A stretch of 64,000 nucleotides of DNA from Azolla caroliniana (Eukaryota > Plantae > Polypodiophyta), in assembly GCA_043228905.1 (NCBI GenBank), contig JBHGNT010000017.1, positions 15,748,001-15,812,000 of the forward strand, in the 5' to 3' direction. The first letter of the stretch is position 1. The number at the start of each line of letters is the position of its first letter. Below, piece by piece: positions 50,866 to 60,969 of the stretch. Under the pieces are notes generated by a model that was not told the origin of the DNA, ran no database searches, and saw nothing but the letters and a program-made list of their open reading frames with translations. A program made the translations under genes and the position numbers.

Positions 50866-51514
50866 TATCGTGAAGAAAACCGGCCATAGGCGGAATCGGA
50901 CAAAAAGGCGCATGAACCGGCTCTCACACGGATGGATGCGTGAATTGACATTTTGATATTGATTCATAAATGGATCGGCTGATGTAAATGCTAAGTAGTA
51001 CACATTTATTAGGGGGATTGTGCGTATCTCTGTCAGAAGGGACAAGGAATAAAGCGATTTGACTATGGAGAAAGGGCACCCCCTTTTGGGAACTATTTAA
51101 GGAGAGGAGAGAAGGGAGAGAAAATATCGCGCGTTGGCAAGGACAAAGTGCTGCTGCAGAACCGAGTGCCGGGCTCTCTCTCTCCTCAAATCGTTGTTCT
51201 CTGCAGGTGTCGGGAGTTCGCGGCCTCTGCTTTGTGGACAACCCGTGTGCTTCCAATAGAGTCTCTCTCCTTCCCCTTTCCCCTTTGTTTCTTCGAGTCG
51301 TGTGGTTGTCGTTGGTGTGCGTGAGTAGGACCCCGTGTCGGGTCCATTATCGGGTTGCCGGTTGTAAGCTATTGACTATAGTAATCAGATTCCTGTTTTC
51401 CTTGCTCTTAATCTCTCTCTGTGTACTTGCATCTCTCTCTCTCTCTCTCTCTCCTTGGTCCGAGACCCCCGTGGTCTCGCCTCTTTCTACATGCACGCGC
51501 GTAACAACGCGACA
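50866..51514 (+). repeat. 5' LTR of Gypsy-G (TATCG...CGACA; first TG apparently mutated to TA)
   Basis: Ends 4 nt before the PBS, carries the shared U5 motif, and its left end coincides with the cut in the palindrome array. Confidence 0.78.
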
Positions 51515-51518
51515 TATT

Positions 51519-51535
51519 TGGTGAACCCGACGTGA
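51519..51535 (+). promoter_or_regulatory. Primer binding site complementary to the tRNA-Trp 3' end (TGGTGAACCCGACGTGA)
   Basis: Reverse complement UCACGUCGGGUUCACCA matches the plant cytosolic tRNA-Trp(CCA) 3' end as I recall it; identical 17-mer at 60936-60952. Confidence 0.85.
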
Positions 51536-51559
51536 AACGGGCGGAAAAGGAGTCGAAAG

Positions 51560-53550
51560 ATGAGGGGATCGGAGCTAGCAGAGGCAATGGCGGTAGCCGT
51601 CGACCGGCTGGTAAGCGCTCGCGAGGGGACGGGTACCCTCGACAGAGACATCGAATCGATCGTCGGCACTATAGGCCGGTTCGTAGGGAAAGACGCCACA
51701 AGTTATTTGGAGGCTTACCAGGCCGAAATGATCATGAGGGATATCCCGGTGGACAGGCGGCTGTCCGGATTCCCTCGGGTGGTGACGCCGAGCATCCACG
51801 CGGAGGTGCTTGAGGTGCTGGCCGGATGCCAGACTTGGGAGGAGTTCGAGCAGCGGCTCCTCGAGAAGTACGGGTTTGACGACTCGCTTCGGCTGACGAG
51901 GCGGGACTTCATGGCGTGGGTGGAAAGCCACGGAAAAGGGAGGAACACGTCGGTGCTCCTCCAGGAGTTCGAAAAACGGTTTGCGCGGCTGTCGATGCTG
52001 GACCGGAAAGTGCTCGAAACGAGTTGAGTACTATTGTTTGTCAAGTCGGTGGACGCGCTGGACAAGGAAAAGGTGGGTCCCCTATTGGAAACGGACGAAG
52101 GGTTCACAACAGACTCGGCCTTGGTAAAATGGGTTTGCGGCCGTTTCGACAAACGGTGCGACTGGAGCGACGGAAGCTCGTCAGGGTCAGGGCCTGTCCC
52201 TGGGAGGAGGCTCGAGGAGCCGGTATCAGTGCCGGCCGGTAGGAAGGAAGAGACTCGAATCTGGCTAGAGTCGGGGTCGGCATTGAATGACATGGTCAGA
52301 GGCCCATTCAGAGGAGCGGCTCTAGAGGAGCTGACACAGATGGTGCGTGACCTGCAGATCACACAGGCCCGGAGAGACAACGGCGAACAACCTCGCGACC
52401 GGAGGCCGCCGCCTGGGCAGCGGTGCATGTGGTGTGACGCGATCGGTCACATTCGGAAGGATTGCGCGGATTTCACCGACGCGCTCAGGACCAACGTGGT
52501 GTACCTTTGGAACGGGCGGGAGCACGCGAGCGAGACCCGGAGAGCCCTAGAACTAAATACGGGGCGCGACGGAATGAAGAGGTTAATGGAAGAGGCCACG
52601 ACATGGCACGTTGAAGCCGTTAATTACTCAGTGTCGGCGGGAATTCGGGTCGGGGGTGATGAGACCCAGAAGGCGAAGCACTCCGGATTCTGGCCACTAG
52701 TGCTAGAAGGCCTCTCCGGAGTTCGGTTGAAGAAGGAAGAGGCGGACCGCGTGGAACAACGGGTCCAGGAGGTCACCGGTTGGGACGATCCGGTCGAAGA
52801 GAAAATGGGCTTCGTAGAAGCCGCTTGCCAGAACTACGAGGTTCTGGTGGAAGACAAACGGGCAGGAAAGGCCGGAGGGGTCAGTCCCTCGCAGAGGTAT
52901 GACACCCGGTTCGGACCGAAACCGACCGGTGCCGGCAACCCAGGCGTGCCGGACGGAAAGAAACAGGCAGGGTTTCGGTTGAGCACCGAAATCGAAAGGA
53001 CCACAGACCTGCGAAAGGTCCTGGAGGAACGTATCCTCGACAGCAAAGTGGAGCTGTCGCTGAGTTGGTGGAAAGCCACTACACGAAGCCGCATTGGGCC
53101 AGGGCAACTACAGAAACCCCTGTATGGATCGGCAACGTTCCGGAACTGGTGGTGGCCCTGGTAGACCATGGATCCGAAATCAACCTGATGTCCATGGATT
53201 TCTACAAGAGGGGTAAATGGCTGAACAACTCCAAGCATGGCTCGAAAATACGGGCAGCGACGCGTGCCATGGAAGAACTACATGGAGCCTGTCCGAACAT
53301 ACGGGTGAAAATCGGCGATGTCGAGATCGACCAACACTTCTTCGTGCAGGAGACGTCCTCGCATCCGGTTATACTAGGAGGGCCATACATCACGGCGGCA
53401 CGGATGGAGACCAAGGTGCTGGACAATGGTTCGGCCTACACAAGAGTCAAGAGCTAGGACGGGCGTCACTCGGTCCAGTTCCTGACGGTGCGACCAAACC
53501 ATGAGCGTAACCGCGAGACCCTCGGTGGCGAAACCCGAGGGGATTTTTAG
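51560..53550 (+). pseudogene. Gypsy-G ORF1 (Gag-protease), two premature stops and one frameshifting deletion
   Basis: ORFs 51560..52027, 52034..53164, 53065..53457; natural end GGG GAT TTT TAG at 53550. Confidence 0.85.
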
Positions 53551-55601
53551 AGAGGGCTATCAAGGCGTGGGGACGCGATAGTCGGGACACCCAAGAAAAA
53601 CCCCACAAATGTACGGTACGGAAGAAGACCTGTGCCATAGGTAGGAAATTTTGGTTCTCCGACAACGGAGGTTGTACTATGGCCGGTGTCGACGGCCGGG
53701 AAAGGAAGCGAGCGGAGGAGCAGCTCAGGGGATGCAGAGTCCTCTTCCCCGACGAAGAAATCAACGACGCCGTGGAGGCGGTCTCTTTTGACGACACCTT
53801 GGGCGAGTTGCGAAAGGTGATCGGTGAAGACCCTAGAGAAGACCGGACCGTTCCGGTAGGTTCGATGGGAATGTACGTAGTCATCGCAGACTTCGGGGAA
53901 AGGATCGGGTCGGATTGGACGGCCTGCATGGATACAAAGTATAAGACTATGAACCGGAAGCTGAGGCCAGTCGCGGCACCCTTGCCGGAGGGCAGCGAGG
54001 AGCGGATAAAAGGGGTCGCGTCGGACCCGAGTTTACGGAATCCGGCTCGCATAGGGCACCGGTTCACCGACATAACGCTACGGGAGCTCAAGGTTGGTGG
54101 GGGTGGCTTCCTACTGCCGGCGGAGGAGAACAGGTTTTGGAGAATGCTCGAAAGGCATGGGAAAGCCTTTGTGTTCTCGCCGGAGGAGATCGGGTGCGTG
54201 GATCCGACGGTCGTCGAACCGATGGTGATCTTCACGGTACCGCATGTGCCGTGGAATCCTAAACCGATTCCAGTGCCGAGGGCTCACATCTTGAAGTTGA
54301 TGGAGCTTCTGAAGCAAAAGGTGGAGATGGGCATCCTCGAACCGTCGAGTGCCCCGTATTCGAATCGGTGGTTTACGGTGCCGAAGAAGAACGGCACGTT
54401 GCGCTTCATTTAGGACCTGCAACCAGTCAACAAGGTGACCATCCGTAATGCAGGAATCGGACCGACCATAGACGAGTTCACGGAGGCCTTCACTGGAAGG
54501 TCGATCTATTCGGTTGGTGACTTATACTCGGGGTACGACCAGTTCCAGCTAGCCGTGGAGATCAGGGATATCACGACGATGAGGGACGATTGCGGGTCGG
54601 TCACGGAGGTCCGTGGGTTCTTGGGAGCATGCGCGTTCTACCACATCTGGATTCCGCACTACACGCATGTTGCGGAGGCTCTCTACGGGCTATTGAAAAA
54701 AGGGCGTGGGTTCGAGTGGAGGACGGAGCACACGGAGTCGGTCCGGAGACTAAAGGAGGTGCTTACGGTAGCACCGGCCCTCCGTAAAGCGGTTTACGGC
54801 GAGGGTGTCCCCATTTGCGTGACAGTGGACATGAGCCCGACCGGGATCGGGTGGGTAATCAGTCAGGAGGACAAGGACGGAGTACGATTCCCGATCCGGT
54901 TCGGGGCGAAGGTATTGAGTAAGCGGCAACGAGGATACGCCCAAGTTAAGCGCGAGCTTTGGGGTATCGTTTCGGCAGTCAAGGCCGACAAGGACTATCT
55001 GATCGAGACGGAGGTGATCATCGAGACGGACCGCTTGCCGATGCTCAGCATGGTGTCCGGATGCGCGACGCTAGACCTAGCAATGCTCCGGTGGATAGCG
55101 TACATTAAGTCCCTGAACCCAGAGATATGGCACATTTCCAGAAAGGACAACGCCTTGGCCGACATGCTTTCGAGAGTGAGGTTCAACGACGAAGATGACA
55201 TGGTTTCGGATGACGAAGAAGTCGGCGAGGACTTCTTCGGGTCGGCTAACGTAATGACGAGGAAAAGGGACACTCCGGCGCTTAACGAATTTGACGAAAG
55301 CAGGTACGATGGGGAGTGGCTCCAAATCGGGAGGTTCCTACGGACGATGATGCCGGACGCAGCATGGACGAGAGAAGAGGCGAGCCGGGTACGGAAGAAA
55401 GTGTACCGATTCTTCCTGCGGGACGAGTGCATATGGAGGCACCCAAAGAAGAGAAACGACATCCCGCTCTGAGTAGTGGCAAAGAAAGAAGAACAGGAGG
55501 AACTACTGGCGGCATTTCACGAGAGTTCCTAGGCCGGGCACCGCAGAACGTGGGTCACGTTCGAGAAACTGAAGGAGAAGTACTAGTGGCCGGGGCTGTA
55601 C
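53541..55601 (+). pseudogene. Gypsy-G ORF2 (RT-RNase H-integrase), in the -1 frame; RT core deleted
   Basis: Frame is open from GGA TTT TTA (53541) into ORF 53679..54413; continues in 54435..55472; ITTMR joins directly to DDCGSVTEVRGFLG. Confidence 0.85.
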
Positions 55602-56046
55602 TGTTACGGGCATGACCATATAATATCCCGTGGTAAGAATTTACCGTAGTATTCTATACACGTGGATAAGTGTGAGGGTTAAATGAGAGTGTAAAGAAGG
55701 GGAGGATTACTTTTAATCCTCGGGATTGAGACAACCCATTAGGTCAAGTGTGAACTTGCCTGGGGGCCTTGGGTTTCGCTATAAATAAGAGGCCTAGCTA
55801 CCCTCATTTGATCATCTTTTGACTACATCGAGACTCTACTCGTGTGGTGGGTCAACTCTTGTAGCGAGCGCGCCAGCACCAGGTACGACTCGACGCCACG
55901 GCGGTGGTATGGGACGCCGATCGAGGCTCGAGTTCGTCTCGATCCCTTCGCTCGGGTGGATCGGCACCCTTCTTTCTCTTTCTCCTTTCTATCTATCTTT
56001 TCATTATCCTTATCTTAAGCTTACGTTAGTACCAAGATCTATAATA
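55602..56046 (+). repeat. 5' LTR of Gypsy-H
   Basis: TGTTA...TAATA (CA apparently mutated to TA), 2 nt before the PBS; breaks the Gypsy-G integrase after PGLY. Confidence 0.8.
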
Positions 56047-56289
56047 TTTGGTATCAGATTTTTGTACTAATGTTTCTTTGTTTTTCATTTGTCTTTTGAT
56101 TGATGCTGATCGATCGTTGTGCGGTTGGCCTTGATCCATACAACGATCAACAAAGAACTTCGGTAACTCTTTCCATAAGTTTTCTTTCTATTCTCTCTTC
56201 TCCCATCTAATCATGTGTTTAGTTTATATGTAATTTTTTTCATTAAGTCAATGATGTTGTAGTGGTCTTTAATTGATTATCTAAAACGT

Positions 56290-56565
56290 TTACATATGTG
56301 CACGAGGTCAATACCTCGTTTGACATATTGATAATATGTGATGAGTGTCGTATGCGTACGAGGTTAATACCTCAATTACGTATTACGTTCACGAACATAT
56401 GTTACGTTTGCGTATGAGTTTAATACCTTGATTTGTTGTAAACGATATGCGTTTGGTCTCGTATGCGTAAGAGGTCAATACCTCCATTGCGTATTACGAT
56501 GATCTCTTATTTGTGGATGTTTCGTGTGCGTAGAGGTATATACCTCGATTACGTATCTCGATCAC
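56290..56565 (+). repeat. Five repeated stem-loops (core GAGGT-NNNN-ACCTC), period about 56 bp, in the Gypsy-H leader
   Basis: Cores at 56304, 56360, 56416 (degenerate), 56471, 56533. Confidence 0.88.
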
Positions 56566-59500
56566 ATCATTTGTGGCTATTTAATATAACGATATGTTTA
56601 ATATAGGCATATGTGGTCACATATATACGTATTTGATCGTATATATGTGATAAGTAAACATATGTGTATATTCGTTATTACGTGATTATATCGAAAGTTG
56701 TCCTTGTCGGGAAAAGGATGTTGGTGGCCGTCCTCACATTTTTGTGAGAATGGCGTTGTCACCATCCCTTTTTCAACATTTTTTTATTGTTGATAACCCC
56801 GTTGACGACCTCGATTTCGTTACGTAAAGAAACGCGAATAGCCAAAATGATGTTGAGTACGTAGGGCTTGACCCACTTCAAGTGAGGTCGCTCCAATGAC
56901 GCACGTATCCAACATCCCTCCCTCGTTACATGGATACGATGCCACCATGAGCTCGTTCTTACGAGAGGCATTCGTAATGACGTGACCATGTGATGGCCCA
57001 CGTGAGCCTACTACGAAACGAGGGCTCATTTGGCTTGACCATTAGGTTGCCCTTTGGCATATGCCATCGTAATTACGAGACTTGAGGTTAGGTAACGTAC
57101 CAACATAGTTTTGGTAAATGAGGGCGAAATAAGGACCTTGACATATATGTTCTTTTAAAAAAACATATATGATCAATTGCCTCGCATATCTCTTATACGC
57201 ATCAAACATTAAGCATTCGAGAAGAGCAACTTACTTGGTTGGCTCAAGTGTTTAATGTATTTGTTCTCGAGGTCTCGAGTTCAAATATGACCAACACCAT
57301 ACAACATCGTTGATACATATGACTATAATACATGTTTAGACTTTAGGTCTAAGTGCACTTCGGGGTCCTCGTAATAGGACTTAAAGAGCCGAAACCACAT
57401 ATGTGGGCACAGAAACATAGTTATTGTTAACATTTTTTTCGTGTATAAACTATTCATGACGCGAACATACATGGTTGAGCCTCGGGGAGCCGCCATGAAA
57501 AAATCGATATAGAGATCAGGGAAAGGCATTCATTTGTCACCCCCATGGTTTTTAAAACACCTCTGTGTTACCATAGTAACCTGATCTTGAACCTCATCTC
57601 ATACGTCTAGAGGGGTATTGACGTGAGATCATGATATCGATTAATGTTTGCCCATGATATGTTTACACCACGACAAGATGTTATGACTATTTGTCTGACC
57701 TTATCTTATTTCTTTGCCAGAAATAATCATTCAATGGCTCAAATTAACGACCCGATGTCATCCGCTCAAGCGGAAGGAACTCAAGGGAATCCTCCTGGAC
57801 AAATGTCCACTGAGATGTATTTGGCACAAATAACCCAATACCTTAGTTTCACCGCTCAACAGATGACCGAACTTCGGCAATCTCAGAGTGCTCTTGAGGC
57901 ACGTGTCATTAGTCTACAACGTGAGACTAATAGACCTGATGAGCGACAAGGTGAACCATCATTTGTCGTTAAGCCATTTACGGGAGACAAAAAGGAAAGA
58001 ACCGAAGAAGCAATCTGCACATGGCTGGGACGATGGGAGTCTCATTTAGAGCTCTATCCCACGCTAGATAGTACGAAGATTGCATATGTCGGCCGAGAAC
58101 TCGGGGGTAAGGCCGCCGCCTGGTGGCGTGGCCTCCCTACTATGGGGAAATTGCCCGATACCTGGACAGATTTTGTCACGGTTTTTAAGGGCCAATTTCT
58201 GCAACCTCCCTCTCGAACCGAGGCAGCACAAGCTTTAATGAACCTCTCTAGCAGGAAATTTTCCTCGCTAGAAGACTATGTTCACCATGCTAGAACCCAA
58301 ATCCAAAAATCGGGTCTAGAAGGGGACAATTGGTTGATAGCTTGTTTTGTCAATGGCATCCCCAATTCGGACTATCACTGGATAGTGCACGATAAGGATC
58401 CAAAATCCTTCGAAGAGGCCGTTGAAATAGTTCTTCGCTATCAACGCACTTCGAAGAAGGACCATAACAAACCCAACGAAGCGCCCGAGACTAAGCAGTC
58501 GCAATTTGTTGGGAAACGCAAGACACCCAACGAATTCCTGGATCGCGATTGTAAGCGACAACATCCTTTTTGTGTATTCTGCAAAAAGAAGGGTCATACA
58601 AAAGATCAATGTCGAAAGCTCCAACGGAAAGAGCACGACAACAAAGCTAAAGCTGCAGACCATAAAGGTCAGATTCCTAATGTCCTTCAGGTCTATACAC
58701 ATCATTTAAGTAATTGTCAATGTTCTTTCCCTCACTATGTATTGGGTCCCAATGATTTACTACGTGCAAACGGGTATATCAATGGATCTCCCGTACAGTT
58801 TTTATTTGATTCGGGAAGCTCACACAATTTTGTGAATGATTGTTTGGTTCCGATATGGGGAATCCAACCCACCGTAAGTGATCACACCTACACGGTGTAC
58901 TTGGCTGATGGAAGAGTACAATACATCAACGGGGCGATTCATTCATTAGGAATTTCTATTGATACTTATATAGAGGAAGTAGACTTCCATGTAATGAATC
59001 TTTGTACCACCGATGTAATACTGGGTTATCCCTGGTTTTATAATAAAAACTCTTCTTTATTTATTGATTGGGTTCGTCATTCCATTTCTTTTGTACTGAA
59101 CGATTGTACGCATTTTATTCAATGTGTAAAAAAACAATCCCTCTCGATTGTTTCCTCGTGTCCATCAATATCCGAGTTGTCTTGTTCTACGTTATTTTAT
59201 TGTGTACTTGATCCGGACATTCACGTTTACAATATCGATGATGTCCCGATTCAATTAACATATTTTGAACAACAACAACTTGATGAAATCTTAAATGATT
59301 TTCATGATGTTTTTCCAAGTGAACTACCTGATGGGTTACCTCCTAAACGTAATATAGACCATCGTATAGATATTGTACCTGGTGTTGCACCAATAAGTAT
59401 ACCTCCGTATCGCTTAAGTCGATCCGAAGAAGATGAGGTATCTAAGCAACTCAAGGACTATTTACGAATGGGTTATATACGTTATAGTAAATCTCCATGG

Positions 59501-60181
59501 GGTGCACCAGTTCTCTTGGTTAAAAAGAAAGAGGGCACATGGCGTATGTGTATTAATTACCGACGCTTGAATAAAGTGACGATCAAGAATTCGTATCCAT
59601 TGCCCCGGGCTGACGATCTAATTGACCGTCTCCAGGGAGCTCGGTATTTTACGAAACTTGATCTCCGTACTGGCTACCATCAAATACGAATAAGTGAGGA
59701 CGATGTTCCTAAAACGGCATTTCGTACGCGCTATGGCCATTACGAGTTTTTGGTTATGCCTTTTGGTTTGACCAATGCTCCGGCTACTTTTCAACAAGAA
59801 ATGAATGACATTTTCCGAGAACAACTTGGAAAATTTGTCGTTATTTTCTTGGATGATATTTTAGTTTATAGCCGTACATTACAAGAACATGCTAGACATG
59901 TCCGCTTTGTTTTACAAACATTGCGTGACAAACAGTTTTATGCGAAGATCTCAAAATGTGAGTTCTTCAAGAAATCAATTACTTATCTAGGACATCTCAT
60001 AACCGAACGAGGAGTTGAAATTGATCCTTCTCGCATTGAGAAAATCAAGCTTTGGCCCACTCTTCGGAATATTCGAGAAGTTCGATAATTCCTTGGTTTT
60101 GTGGGGTTTTTGCGAAAGTCTCTTCGTAATTACTCCCAATTGACGATGCCGTTTACTGATCTTTTAAAAGGTCAAACGCGT

Positions 60182-60931
60182 TGTCGTAGTGTATTTCGTA
60201 CACTACGTGAAAAAGTAAAAATAATATAACCGATTTAATTACATATAAATAAATAAAATAATATATCAAGATATTTATCACGTGCATAGGGCAAGATTCG
60301 AACCCTGTACCTCCACGTAGCCAAACCTCAACTTTACCATTATACTACCTTATCTTTAGTGTTCTATAAATAGATTTAATAACTATAAGTGCTTTATTTG
60401 CGCCTACCTTTATTAAAAGGTAAATCGTGCATTTTTAGAGTGTGTGAATATTTTATAGAAAAAAACGCAAGCAACTAAAAAGTGACTCGTGCACATCTAG
60501 CGTGCATGAGCACTATATTTAGCAAATAAAAGCAAGGATTAGAAAAGCATCACATGCATATTTAGTGTGCATGAACATATTAGAAAAAAAAGCATGTAGC
60601 TATGCTTAGTCTCTCCCATCACTACATAAGGATGGGGAGCACAATGTAATAGGTGTGTGAAATATTTGGGAAATTGGATATATTTCCTAAAACACCAATT
60701 AACAAACTATACTCGTGGGATTCACGAGATTTCTATATCTTTCTCTATCAATCTAAATACATATTCTTACATAAATATTAATCAATAAAATACATTATAC
60801 TTGTGGGATTCACAAGTTTCTAATAATCTACTCATAATTATAATAGTCTCAAATTCTTCCTCCTCCTAGTCCAAAACCCCGGTGGTTCCCACCCGACTCA
60901 CGCAAACGATCCGGAGCCGAAAGGCACGACA
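60182..60931 (+). repeat. 5' LTR of element I
   Basis: TGTCG...CGACA, direct repeat of 62983-63732. Confidence 0.97.
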
Positions 60932-60969
60932 CAGTTGGTGAACCCGACGTGAAGGCGGGTGGCAAGGAG

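Larger units (their letters stand above)
50866..55601 (+). mobile_element. Ty3/Gypsy element G (tRNA-Trp PBS), 5' part; internal deletions; interrupted in integrase by Gypsy-H
   Basis: 5' LTR 50866-51514, PBS 51519-51535, Gag with CMWCDAIGHIRKDC, PR ALVDHGSEINLMS, RT start DLYSGYDQF, RNase H KRELWG, integrase HHCC start. Confidence 0.92.
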
